DNA of 11,333 nucleotides from an uncultured bacterium (GCA_964607485.1 CAZSKP010000006.1:1-11333); one strand, 5' to 3'. Shown: positions 1 to 8,752, counted from the stretch's first letter. Numbers and translations: made by a program. Notes: generated from the letters alone by a model not told the origin.

Positions 1-1
1 C

Positions 2-355
2 GTATATACCTCGCGCTCCGAAGTCAGGGAAAAGCAGTACGTGCGGGTTCCGTACAAAGACAGGGTCCGGTCGGAGGGCCTATCGGGCGACCTCGCGAAG
101 CATCTCGTCGATTCGCTTTCCCACTACGGAATCATGATACATGACGAAAAGCCCATACGAAACCACGTGATCAGACGCAGGCGCGCGTGGGTTCCTGCCG
201 TCATCAGGCACAACATCGTCCCCACGAAGATTCTGGTGGAAGTGGTGAACCTGAACAACCGCGAGGACGCCGAACTCGTCACCGACCCAGCCTTCCGGGA
301 AAGATTTGCGAACGCCTTCGTCCACGCCCTCAAACAATACTACGGTGGGAAATAG
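2..355 (+). CDS. N-acetylmuramoyl-L-alanine amidase (Amidase_3), C-terminal part; truncated at the window start
   Basis: The frame is open from position 2 to TAG at 353-355. The C-terminus AVIRHNIVPTKILVEVVNLNNREDAELVTDPAFRERFANAFVHAL matches the Amidase_3 P-x-x-LVE-x-x-x-x-N-x-x-D/E-A motif with the catalytic Glu. Confidence 0.8.
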   Translation, partial: VYTSRSEVREKQYVRVPYKDRVRSEGLSGDLAKHLVDSLSHYGIMIHDEKPIRNHVIRRRRAWVPAVIRHNIVPTKILVEVVNLNNREDAELVTDPAFRERFANAFVHALKQYYGGK

Positions 356-381
356 GCGGCCCGTCCTCCGCGGGGTTTCTC

Positions 382-1008
382 TTATTGTTGCTGCCTGTCT
401 CGGAGCGCCTGCTCGACGGAGGAAAGGAGCGCCGTGATGGTCGCCTCGGTCGCGCGCGAAATCGCTTTGACCGTGGCTTGCACGCTCTGTTCCGCCGCCG
501 GCTCGGTGTGACCTGCGACGCCGCTCCAGAGGACCGTCCCGTCACTTTGCGTCAGCTCGGCCTCGACTTCTACTCTTCCGAACCAGCCTTCCGGCGTATC
601 GACTTCCTCAAAAGCGGTGATCCTGCCCCTCAGAATCAGGTCTGCGCTTCCAGACGCGGCGTCCGAGACGACGCTCTTGAACAGACCGGAGCTTTGTGCG
701 CGCTCATACAACCGGTAGGAGAACATCTCCGCGGGGAGCGCGGCCCATTTGTCATACGAGTAGTAGCCCAGACGATTCGGTCCCGACCGCCAGACGATCT
801 TCTTGCGCAGATAGATCGATTCCGATTCAAAGGGCGCGATGGCGAGCGTGTAAGGGAAGCTGCTCTCAACGGCCGTCTGCGCGGGGCTGTTCGAAAGACC
901 CAGCACGTAGTAATTGGTAGGCGGGATGCTGGTGGCGCACGACGCAAGAACCAGCGGGGCGGCCATCGACAGCGCGGCGGCCACGCGGCGAAGGCGTCTA
1001 GGGCGCAT
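382..1008 (-). CDS. ABC-type transport auxiliary lipoprotein (PqiC / ABC_trans_aux family), 208 aa
   Basis: ATG at 1008 has AGGAGG upstream. A basic N-terminus and hydrophobic stretch end in the lipobox LAS-C. Motifs NYYVL, IVWR, YYSYDKWAALPAEM and ADLILRGRITAFEE are typical of the family. It follows the mlaD-like gene with an 11-bp overlap. Confidence 0.8.
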   Translation of the reverse strand: MRPRRLRRVAAALSMAAPLVLASCATSIPPTNYYVLGLSNSPAQTAVESSFPYTLAIAPFESESIYLRKKIVWRSGPNRLGYYSYDKWAALPAEMFSYRLYERAQSSGLFKSVVSDAASGSADLILRGRITAFEEVDTPEGWFGRVEVEAELTQSDGTVLWSGVAGHTEPAAEQSVQATVKAISRATEATITALLSSVEQALRDRQQQ

Positions 1009-1993
1009 GAGTGCCGGCCTCCTGTTGTTCGATGACCTTCTTCTCCGGCTGACGAGTGCGCCAGATGAGCCGCCAGGGTTCATCGGCTATCGTCTCGCTG
1101 AAGTCGCGGGTGTTTGCGCTTGTCGCCTGCAGATTGTCAACGGTGAGGGAGATTTTGTCGGCATTTTCGGCAACCAACGTTTCAATCCTCGCCGCGGCGG
1201 ACCTTGCCTGGGCGACCGTGTCGCGAATATCCTTTATGATTATGTCCACGTCTTCACGGTTCCCCGAAACAAGCGAATCAAGGTTCGTGGCCAGAGAATC
1301 CAATTTCTCGGAAGCCAAACGGAAGTTGGCGACGGTCGTGCGCATATCCTCTCTGTTCTCTTGAAACAACATCCTGAGCTGTTCGAGCGTCTGAGCCACA
1401 TTTTCGCGGTTCTGCTCGTTGAACACATCGTCGACGTCGGTGAGCAGCCGCTGCACTTTGTCGGTGATCTCCTTTATGCGGTCGCGCAGCTTTGGGATGT
1501 CTTTCGACAGTATTTCTTCGTTTACGATCACCATCAGGGCGTTCATATTCTCGACCGCCGATTCGGTGCGTGCCAACAAATCGTTAAAGCTGACTATCTC
1601 GCGACTCTTAATTTCGCTTTCCGGCGGCAATACCGGCGAGCCCTCCGAGCCGGTGGAAATCTCCAGGTAATACTCCCCGAGGAAACCGATGGTGTTGATA
1701 AAGACCTCGGAATCGGTCTTCACGGGAGTTTCCTCCGCGACGCGCATGGTGAGCTGAATGAAGGAATCATCCTTGCTCGAAACGTTCACCTCAGTCACCT
1801 TGCCCGTCTGCATCCCGCCGAATCTTACGACCGTTCCGGGTTCGATTCCTCCGGCGAATCGGAGATTCGTCGTGTATGTCTTCGTCGGCTGGCCCAGTCT
1901 CAGGCCCAGAATCGAGACGATGAATCCCGCCAGAATCAGCAGACTGACGACTATCACGAGTCCCACCTTCACCTCGTCGGCCCTGTACGCCAT
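998..1993 (-). CDS. mlaD: MlaD/MCE-domain protein with long C-terminal helical region, 331 aa
   Basis: ATG at 1993 has AAGGAG upstream. EVKVG is followed by one TM helix, MCE motifs (AGGIEPGTVVRFGGMQTGKV; IGFLGEYYLEISTG), a predicted helical/coiled-coil tail and a terminal EPWRLIW. Confidence 0.88.
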   Translation of the reverse strand: MAYRADEVKVGLVIVVSLLILAGFIVSILGLRLGQPTKTYTTNLRFAGGIEPGTVVRFGGMQTGKVTEVNVSSKDDSFIQLTMRVAEETPVKTDSEVFINTIGFLGEYYLEISTGSEGSPVLPPESEIKSREIVSFNDLLARTESAVENMNALMVIVNEEILSKDIPKLRDRIKEITDKVQRLLTDVDDVFNEQNRENVAQTLEQLRMLFQENREDMRTTVANFRLASEKLDSLATNLDSLVSGNREDVDIIIKDIRDTVAQARSAAARIETLVAENADKISLTVDNLQATSANTRDFSETIADEPWRLIWRTRQPEKKVIEQQEAGTHAP

Positions 1994-2006
1994 CCGCGAC
2001 TCTCCT

Positions 2007-2846
2007 TCAGCGGAGAATTCCCTCGAGGTAATCTCCGCGGCCCTCGCCCTCCGCATGGGGCGCTCCCGCGAGGAACTGTCTCACAAGTTCGTTATCGCAG
2101 CTACGCATTTCGGCAGGTGTGCCTGAGAAGAGTATCTTTCCTTCGTCGAACATCGTTATCCGGTCCGCGATGGCGAACGCGCTCTTGATTTCGTGCGTGA
2201 CGACGACCATCGTGATGCCGAACGCCTGCTTCAGCTTCAATATCAGCGAGTCTATGTCGGCAGAGACACGTGGGTCGAGCCCGGAGGAGGGCTCGTCGAA
2301 GAACAGGACCTCGGGGTCCATCGCCATCGCGCGCGCCAGTCCCGCCCGCTTCTTCATTCCTCCACTCAGCTGGGCGGGCAAGAGATTTTCCGCGCCGGTG
2401 AGTCCCACCAATTCCAGCTTTATCTTCACCATGATGCCAATGACCGATTCCTCGAGCTCCGTGTGTTCCCTCAGCGGAAGCGCGACATTGTCGGCAATGG
2501 TAATCGAGTTGAAAAGGGCCGCGCTTTGGAAAAGGACGCCGAATTTCTTCCGGACATTGTTGAACTCTTCCACCGACATCTTTGTTATGTCGGCGCCGTC
2601 GATGAGTACCTCTCCCTCGGTGGGACTATGCAGCCCGATGACGCATCTCAGGAACGTGCTTTTCCCGCACCCGCTCCCGCCCACGATCACCATCGTTTCT
2701 CCGGGCATCACGTCGAGCGATATGTCGTCCAGTATCAGCCTGTCACCGTAATGGGCAACGAGGTTCTTCACGGATATCTTGGGAGTGAGTGTGTCGCCCC
2801 GGTCATGGGCCGGGCGTTCGGACGTGATGTGTTCCGCTTCTCCCAT
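2007..2846 (-). CDS. mlaF: MlaF/Mkl-family ABC transporter ATP-binding protein
   Basis: Walker A GGSGCGKS, FGVLFQSAALF Q-loop, signature LSGGMKKRAGLARA, Walker B FFDEPSSGLDP and H-loop VVTHE. It lies between mlaE-like and mlaD-like genes. Confidence 0.92.
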   Translation of the reverse strand: MGEAEHITSERPAHDRGDTLTPKISVKNLVAHYGDRLILDDISLDVMPGETMVIVGGSGCGKSTFLRCVIGLHSPTEGEVLIDGADITKMSVEEFNNVRKKFGVLFQSAALFNSITIADNVALPLREHTELEESVIGIMVKIKLELVGLTGAENLLPAQLSGGMKKRAGLARAMAMDPEVLFFDEPSSGLDPRVSADIDSLILKLKQAFGITMVVVTHEIKSAFAIADRITMFDEGKILFSGTPAEMRSCDNELVRQFLAGAPHAEGEGRGDYLEGILR

Positions 2847-2856
2847 CTTTTCCTCT

Positions 2857-3654
2857 TCAGAAGGCGTAATAGAAGAAGGCCGTGAATATGCAGTCGGCGA
2901 CGATTATCAGGAATATTGAGGTCACGACCGATGAGGTTGTCGCCCTTCCAACGCCCTCGGCCCCGCCGGTGACCGAGAATCCATAGTGGCATCCGACCAC
3001 GGCTATTATCATCCCGAAGGCCACGCTCTTGATGAGTCCCGTGAAGATGTCCTTCATGACGAGATACTCTACCATATAGTTATAATACATATTCGGATCG
3101 ATGTTAAGTGTGGAGGCGGAGATAACGAATCCGCCCCCGATGCCCACCAGGTCGGCTATCATTGTGAGACAGGGCTGCATCACCAGCATCGCGATGAACT
3201 TCGGGACGACGAGGAATTTTATCGGGTTGAGCGCCATTGTCTCAAGCGCATCGACTTCCTCGGAGACCACCATCGTCCCGATTTCCGCCGTGAACGCCGA
3301 CCCGCTTCTGCCGGCCATGATTACGGCGGCGATGAGCGGCCCCAACTCCCGCGTCATGCCCACGCCGACAAGGGGAGGGACATATCGAACGGCGGCGAAA
3401 TCGCGCAGTTGGTAGGCCGATTGCATCGCCAGGATCGCACCCACAAGCGCGCATATGAAGCAGATGATGGGTATCGAATCGAACCCGACGATGACCATGT
3501 GGCGCAGCACGCTCTTCCATTTGATGCCTCTTTTGGTCAGCGGGGCGACGAAGCTCCAGTCGGCCGCTTCGGCCACTAGCCGGCCGAGCCGCCTGGCCTC
3601 GCGCGCCATGGTGAGCGTCCTGTTTCCGATGCTGCCCAGAAAGGAAGTTATCAC
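2857..3654 (-). CDS. mlaE: MlaE-family ABC permease, about 265 aa, with no N-terminal STAS fusion
   Basis: GTG at 3654 has AGGAG upstream. Motifs RELGPLIAAVIMAGRSGSAFTAEIGTMVVSEEVDALETMALNP and GGAEGVGRATTSSVV are present, with multiple hydrophobic segments. Confidence 0.93.
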   Translation of the reverse strand: MITSFLGSIGNRTLTMAREARRLGRLVAEAADWSFVAPLTKRGIKWKSVLRHMVIVGFDSIPIICFICALVGAILAMQSAYQLRDFAAVRYVPPLVGVGMTRELGPLIAAVIMAGRSGSAFTAEIGTMVVSEEVDALETMALNPIKFLVVPKFIAMLVMQPCLTMIADLVGIGGGFVISASTLNIDPNMYYNYMVEYLVMKDIFTGLIKSVAFGMIIAVVGCHYGFSVTGGAEGVGRATTSSVVTSIFLIIVADCIFTAFFYYAF

Positions 3655-3659
3655 GCCGC

Positions 3660-3992
3660 CTAGCTCCTGAGCGCCTCCGCTTCCGTTCCGCAAATTTCAA
3701 ACACCTGCTGGAGTCGGGCGAGCTGAAACACCTCGGATACGCGTTCGCTGAGGCCGACCAGCCGGAATTTTCCGCCGTATTTCTTGCTGAGCTGGAGACC
3801 TTCCACGAGGGTAGCCACGCCCGAGCTGTCTATGTAGGTCACACCCGCCAGGTTCACGACTATGGGGGAAAGCTTCCCTCTGACGGAATCCAGTATAGCT
3901 TCTCTGAGCCGTGGGGACGAATACAGGTCGACGTCGCCCTCGACATGTATCACCACCCCGCGTCCCGCGGCCTTGGCGCTAACTTCCATCAT
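3660..3992 (-). CDS. STAS-domain protein, RsbV/SpoIIAA-like anti-sigma factor antagonist, 110 aa
   Basis: ATG at 3992 lies 6 nt after AGGAGG. Motifs GDVDLYSSPRLRE and NLAGVTYIDSSGVATLV include the conserved phospho-acceptor Ser; VFQLARL is near the C-terminus. Confidence 0.9.
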   Translation of the reverse strand: MMEVSAKAAGRGVVIHVEGDVDLYSSPRLREAILDSVRGKLSPIVVNLAGVTYIDSSGVATLVEGLQLSKKYGGKFRLVGLSERVSEVFQLARLQQVFEICGTEAEALRS

Positions 3993-4410
3993 TCGGGGCC
4001 TCCTGCGGGCGAACATACTTCGTCATTCTGATCTCGGTCCCCATTTCGTGCGACATGTCGTATTCCACCTTGTCCATGACACTCCTTATCAGGTGAACGC
4101 CCAGGCCGCCTGGCTTCACCTCTTCTGTGTCCGGCGGCCGAAGCCGAGCCAGGTCGAACTTCTCGCCGAAGTCCCTGATGTTGATCGTCATTTTGTCGCT
4201 TTCGAGTGTGCAACTTATGATTATCTGCCCGTCCGGACGGCCTTTGTAGCTGTGACGGATGATGTTGGAACAGGCCTCGCCCACTGCGAGACATATCTTG
4301 TCGCGGTCCTTCAATGAAAAGCCCGTCAGCTCGGCCACCTCGGCCATCATGCAGCGTGCAACCCGCAGCAGTTTGGGGTCGGAGAGAATCGACAGGCTCA
4401 GGGCATCCAT
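3979..4410 (-). CDS. RsbW/SpoIIAB-like anti-sigma factor Ser/Thr kinase (HATPase_c_2), 143 aa
   Basis: GHKL motifs are present: N-box LAVGEACSNIIRHSY, G1 IRDFG and G2 GGLGVHLIRSVMD. GAGGAG precedes the start, and the gene overlaps the STAS gene by 14 bp. Confidence 0.9.
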   Translation of the reverse strand: MDALSLSILSDPKLLRVARCMMAEVAELTGFSLKDRDKICLAVGEACSNIIRHSYKGRPDGQIIISCTLESDKMTINIRDFGEKFDLARLRPPDTEEVKPGGLGVHLIRSVMDKVEYDMSHEMGTEIRMTKYVRPQEAPNDGS

Positions 4411-4444
4411 CGGCGGCTCCTCAGTCGCGTCGGTTGTGTCCGTC

Positions 4445-5092
4445 TCAATGATTCTCGCCCCGGAGTGACTTTATCGCTTTCGCATAGTCCGAAGCGGAGA
4501 AGACCGACGAACCCGCCACAAGTATATTGGCTCCGGCTTGAATCACTCTGCCGGCGTTCTCGCTTGTTATGCCGCCGTCAACCTGAATATTGACGCCGTC
4601 TCCCACCAGCTCTCTGGCGTGTGTGATTTTGCCAAGCGCCTGAGGTATGAATGTCTGACCGCTGAAGCCCGGATTGACCGACATCACGAGCACCATGTCG
4701 AGGTCGTCAACCACGTACTCGATGCTTTCGACAGGGGTGGAGGGATTCAGCGAGGCTCCCGCTTCGATGCCGAAATCTTTTATCTGATGTATCACCTTGT
4801 GCAGGTGAGGGCACGCCTCCACGTGCACGGTCAGGATGTCCGCTCCCACCGAAACAAAATCCTCGACGTAGCGGTCCGGGTTCTCGATCATAAGGTGCAC
4901 GTCGAGAGGAATCGTGGCCACCGATTTTATTGCGCCGACCACCGCCGGGCCGAACGTTATGTTGGGAACGAAGTGGCCGTCCATGATGTCGAGATGCAGT
5001 ATGTCGGCGCCCGCCTTCTGGACGGCCTCGACCTGCTCGGCCAGCCTCGCAAAATCGGCTGAAAGAATTGATGGGGCGATGAGCACCTTCAC
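4445..5092 (-). CDS. rpe: Ribulose-phosphate 3-epimerase, 215 aa
   Basis: Motifs IAPSILSADF, HLDIMDGHFVPNITFG, DVHLMI, MSVNPGFSGQ, QVDGGI and VAGS. The GTG start at 5092 overlaps the upstream TGA (GTGA) and has AAAGGA upstream. Confidence 0.97.
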   Translation of the reverse strand: MKVLIAPSILSADFARLAEQVEAVQKAGADILHLDIMDGHFVPNITFGPAVVGAIKSVATIPLDVHLMIENPDRYVEDFVSVGADILTVHVEACPHLHKVIHQIKDFGIEAGASLNPSTPVESIEYVVDDLDMVLVMSVNPGFSGQTFIPQALGKITHARELVGDGVNIQVDGGITSENAGRVIQAGANILVAGSSVFSASDYAKAIKSLRGENH

Positions 5093-6087
5093 CGGATTGT
5101 CCTTTCTGTCTCCAAGTTGCCGTCGAGATACACCCTTATGGTACATTGAGCCGTGTAGCCGAACACCACCTTGATGTTGGCGCCCGGCTCGTCCACTTCG
5201 TTGTAAATCGTCCTCGTGCTTTCCGGGTCGACAACATCGATCCGGACCGATTTCGACCAGAATCCGTAGGGTACACGGTACAGGAAGATCCCAAGCTTTC
5301 GCTCCACCTGTTCTCCCTCGCCGTGCAAGGTGCTCATGACGAGCGATATCGACGACCCCTCCGTTATGGGCGAGCCCGGCCGGGGGTCCTGGTCGAGGAT
5401 GGTTCCCTGCGGATGCGAGAGGTCTATCTTGTTGGTTATGTCGCCGATGCTCACCCCCATCGCCTCGAGGACCTTGCTCCCTTTCTCGAGCGGGAGGCCG
5501 ATGAGGTTGGGCGTTCTGTACTCGCGCGGGCGCGGCCCAAGACTCAGGAGCATGTCAACAGGCGTTTCCCGGTCAACCTGCTGGTTGGACAGGGGCGACT
5601 GGGCGAGGACGACATCCCTCTCTTGGGGGCTGTGTACCTTCGAAAAACGGCCCGCCCTCAGCCCGGCCCTGTTCAGCTCGACCCGCGCCTCTCGCAGCGA
5701 CTTGCCGGCGAGGTCGGGGACCAGCGATACCTTGCTTCCAAGGCTTATGACGACTGAGACCGGTTTCCCCTCCTTTACCACGCTGCCGGGCAACGGGTCC
5801 TGCGAAAGGATGTAATCCTCGGGAACGACCGAACTGTTGCGGGCTCCGGCCTTCCTCAGCTCAAGCCCGCGTTCGCTCAGAATATCGAGGGCTTCGACGA
5901 CGCTCTTGTTCACGACGTTGGGAACCGTGACCTTCTCCCCGCGTTTTATCACGACGTCCAGAGACACGAGTCCGAAGAAAGCCGCCGAGGCCAGAAAAAC
6001 CGAGGCTCCTATCAGCAGCTTGACCATCCGCGTATCGAACAGATTCCTTACCCGCGTCTGTCTCACGGCGTTTTGCACGGCAACCAT
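5089..6087 (-). CDS. Membrane-anchored PASTA-domain protein (3 PASTA repeats, no kinase domain), about 332 aa
   Basis: An N-terminal TM helix is followed by three repeats beginning VPNVVNK, VPDLAGK and TPNLIGL, each with a Q-[DS]-P motif, then a roughly 80 aa C-terminal domain. The start is placed at ATG 6087, just after the rsmB stop. Confidence 0.88.
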   Translation of the reverse strand: MVAVQNAVRQTRVRNLFDTRMVKLLIGASVFLASAAFFGLVSLDVVIKRGEKVTVPNVVNKSVVEALDILSERGLELRKAGARNSSVVPEDYILSQDPLPGSVVKEGKPVSVVISLGSKVSLVPDLAGKSLREARVELNRAGLRAGRFSKVHSPQERDVVLAQSPLSNQQVDRETPVDMLLSLGPRPREYRTPNLIGLPLEKGSKVLEAMGVSIGDITNKIDLSHPQGTILDQDPRPGSPITEGSSISLVMSTLHGEGEQVERKLGIFLYRVPYGFWSKSVRIDVVDPESTRTIYNEVDEPGANIKVVFGYTAQCTIRVYLDGNLETERTIR

Positions 6088-6091
6088 TATA

Positions 6092-7441
6092 TTACAATCG
6101 CTCCAGCCTAGCAATGAAAAAGCCGTCCATATTCTCGTTGCCGGGTCTTATCTGCACGAACGCCCCGTTCGCGACGCGCCCTTCGATTGCCTTCGGCCAC
6201 TCCGAATTCGGCCTGAACTCTCGATGGCGACGAAGGAAGCCCTCGACCACTTCCTCATTTTCCCTGTGCGTGACCGTGCAGGTGCAGTAAAGGAGGATGC
6301 CTCCCGGACGCACGCATTCGGCCGCGCTCTCCAGTATCTTGGTTTGTAGGCGGGCAAGCTCATCGATTTGTTCCGGCTTGAGGCGCCACTTCAGGTCGAT
6401 GCGTCTCCTTATGACCCCCAGGCCCGAGCACGGCACGTCGGCAATGACCCTGTCCATTCCGCCAAAATGCGAGGCGAGCCCGGCAGTCGCATCCTGTTTT
6501 TGTGCTTCGATGATATCGACGCCCAGCCTTCGAGCGTTTTGTTTTATCAGGGACAATCTGTGCTCGTGGATGTCGAGCGCGTAGATTGTGCCCTCATTCT
6601 GCATCAGCGCTGCAAGGTGTGTGGCCTTGCCGCCCGGCCCGGCGCACACGTCCAGCACCTTCTGGCCCGGCTCCGCCGCCAGGCAATGAGCGGCCAGCAT
6701 GGAGCTGGCGTCCTGGATGTAGAACAGGCCTCGCCTGTGGGCTTGAAGTTTCCACGGGTCGGAAACCGAGAGAAAGCGGATTGCTTCGTCGGTGTGCGGC
6801 AGGGGCTCGGCACGGATTCCTTGCTCCCTGAGTTCTTGAAGGAGCGTCTCGCGCGTCGTGCGCAGCGTGTTGACCCTCGCGGTCAAGGGCGGGATGGCGT
6901 TGTTGTGTTTCATTATTTCAATCGCCGCTTCCCTTCCCCAGTCCTTTTGCAGAAGCTCGACCATCCATTCCGGGTGAGAATACTTGGCCGCGATGTCGGG
7001 CACGCTGTCTTCGCCCAAGGATTGAATCGAGCGGAGGAGTGCTTCTTTCTTCGCGTTTCTGAGGACGGCGTTCACAAGCCCGGCGGTGCCGGCGTGGCCG
7101 TATTTTTTTGCGAGCTTCACCGACTCATCGACGGCGGCCGATTTGGGAACCCTGTCGAGGAAGAGGATCTGGTACAGTCCCATCCGCAGGATGTTTCGTA
7201 TCCACGAAGTCAGGTCGTCGAGAGGGGAATCGCACAACCCTCTGAGTGCCCAGTCGATGGTTCCCCGCCACCTCAAGGTTCCCATCACGAGCTGATAGGC
7301 GAACGCCCTTCCGCGTTCGGACGAGGCCGCCTTCTCCTCGGTGTATTCAAACAGAAGATTGGGGAACGAGAGCGCCTTTTCTGTGCGGCGCAGTATCTTC
7401 AGCGCCTGTTCCCGAGATGGGTCAACTTTTTGCCGTGGCAT
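6092..7441 (-). CDS. rsmB: 16S rRNA m5C967 methyltransferase RsmB (Sun)
   Basis: NusB-like N-terminal domain (ILRMGLYQILFLDRVP; GLVNAVLR), YSHPEW, QDASS, DVCAGPGGK, DVPCSGLG and YCTCT. It lies directly downstream of fmt. Confidence 0.95.
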   Translation of the reverse strand: MPRQKVDPSREQALKILRRTEKALSFPNLLFEYTEEKAASSERGRAFAYQLVMGTLRWRGTIDWALRGLCDSPLDDLTSWIRNILRMGLYQILFLDRVPKSAAVDESVKLAKKYGHAGTAGLVNAVLRNAKKEALLRSIQSLGEDSVPDIAAKYSHPEWMVELLQKDWGREAAIEIMKHNNAIPPLTARVNTLRTTRETLLQELREQGIRAEPLPHTDEAIRFLSVSDPWKLQAHRRGLFYIQDASSMLAAHCLAAEPGQKVLDVCAGPGGKATHLAALMQNEGTIYALDIHEHRLSLIKQNARRLGVDIIEAQKQDATAGLASHFGGMDRVIADVPCSGLGVIRRRIDLKWRLKPEQIDELARLQTKILESAAECVRPGGILLYCTCTVTHRENEEVVEGFLRRHREFRPNSEWPKAIEGRVANGAFVQIRPGNENMDGFFIARLERL

Positions 7442-7485
7442 GTGAGTAGTGTGGGGTGATTCTCAAAAAGCCGTTGGCCGGGAGA

Positions 7486-8421
7486 TTAACCGCCGAGCAC
7501 CGTTCCCGCTTCGATTACATGACCGCGCATGAACTCGGCGGCCGTCATCCTCTTGCCGCCGGGCAGTTGCAGTTCCAGGATTCTGACCGCTCCTTCACCC
7601 GTCCGTATTATGAGGCTGCCGCCCTCGGCGGCCAGCACTTCACCGGGCCGGCCCTCTCTCGGCTGTTCTTTACAGGGCTCCACCTTCCAGACCTTGAGGA
7701 CATCTTCCCGAAACGTGGTCCGGCATCCCGGCCATGGGTCCATCGCGCGAGTGAGGTTGAATATCTCTTTGGCCGAACGGTTCCAGTTCACCGTTGCGTC
7801 TTTCTTGTCAAGCTTTCGCGTCATGGTCGCCTCGGCCTCGTCCTGCGGGCGCGGCGTGACGCTGTGTTTCTCGACGGCTTCGAGCGTCTCGACCATGAGT
7901 TCGGCCCCGACCTCGGCCAGTTTGTCGTGCAGGAAGCCGGCGGTATCGTCGTCGGCAATCACGACTTCCCGCTGGAGCAGTATGTCGCCGGTGTCCGTTC
8001 CCTCGTCAAGCAGCATGGTGGTCACGCCGGTCACTCGTTCGCCGGCCAGTATCGCAGACTGAATGGGAGTCGGGCCCCTGTATCGCGGCAGGAGCGACGG
8101 ATGGAGGTTTATGCATCCGAAGCGTGGCACGTCGAGAAATTCCCGTTTGAGAATCTGGCCATAGGCGACGACAACCGCCGCGTCGGGGCCCATCGTTCGG
8201 ATTTCCTCTAATGCGGAGGGAGACGATGCCTTATCGGGTTGCATCAGGCGAAGGCCGAGTTCGAGCGCCCGCGTCTTCACCGGTGAGGGGGCAGGCTGCA
8301 TGCCCCGGCCGGCCGGGCGGTCGGGCTGAGTGAGAACGGTCATTATCTCGTGGCGCGTGCGCGCGAGGCGGTCGAGGGTGGGTACGGCGAAAGCGGGCGT
8401 TCCCAGGAATATCACCTTCAC
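7486..8421 (-). CDS. fmt: Methionyl-tRNA formyltransferase
   Basis: Motifs FLGTPAFAVPTL, TQPDRPAGRG, VVAYGQIL, INLHPSLLPRYRG, DTGDI and LQLPGGKRM; GTG start. Confidence 0.97.
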   Translation of the reverse strand: MKVIFLGTPAFAVPTLDRLARTRHEIMTVLTQPDRPAGRGMQPAPSPVKTRALELGLRLMQPDKASSPSALEEIRTMGPDAAVVVAYGQILKREFLDVPRFGCINLHPSLLPRYRGPTPIQSAILAGERVTGVTTMLLDEGTDTGDILLQREVVIADDDTAGFLHDKLAEVGAELMVETLEAVEKHSVTPRPQDEAEATMTRKLDKKDATVNWNRSAKEIFNLTRAMDPWPGCRTTFREDVLKVWKVEPCKEQPREGRPGEVLAAEGGSLIIRTGEGAVRILELQLPGGKRMTAAEFMRGHVIEAGTVLGG

Positions 8422-8434
8422 ATCGGCACTCTCG

Positions 8435-8752
8435 CTACATTATCCCCGGAATCTTCAGGTTGAGTCCGCCTGCGATCTTGGACATCTCGGCCGAGGCGAG
8501 CTCTTCGGCCTTGCGCAGCGCCTCGTTGACGGCGGCCAGCGTGAGGTCCTGCAGCATCTCGATATCGTTGGGGTCGGCAACTTCGGGGGATATTTCGATC
8601 GATTGAATCTCTCGCTTGCCGTTTGCGACGACTTTCACCATTCCGCCGCCCGTCGAGGCCTCGACGGTCTGCTTCGCCAATTCGTCCTGGAGCTTGCCCA
8701 TCTTTTCCTGAAGCTGGCGGGCCTGTTTCATAATCTTGCCCATATCTACCAT
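8435..8752 (-). CDS. ybaB: YbaB/EbfC nucleoid-associated protein
   Basis: Motifs MKQARQLQEKM, GGGMVKVVANG and EMLQDLTLAAVNEAL, with a strong RBS (AAGGAAGGAG). It is in the canonical position after dnaX. Confidence 0.95.
   Translation of the reverse strand: MVDMGKIMKQARQLQEKMGKLQDELAKQTVEASTGGGMVKVVANGKREIQSIEISPEVADPNDIEMLQDLTLAAVNEALRKAEELASAEMSKIAGGLNLKIPGIM

Noticed and set aside
356..381. Possible bidirectional terminator between the convergent amidase and lipoprotein genes
   Set aside because: It has only a weak stem of about 4 bp (CCCG...CGGG) and a short T tract, too little to call.
914..2188. 424-aa plus-strand ORF
   Set aside because: It is an antisense shadow of mlaD/mlaF with no recognisable motifs, as expected with high-GC codon bias.
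6368..7459. 363-aa plus-strand ORF, and similar ORFs at 187-1035, 7456-8211, 8330-9142 and 9506-10582
   Set aside because: All are antisense to well-supported housekeeping genes and show no domain signatures.
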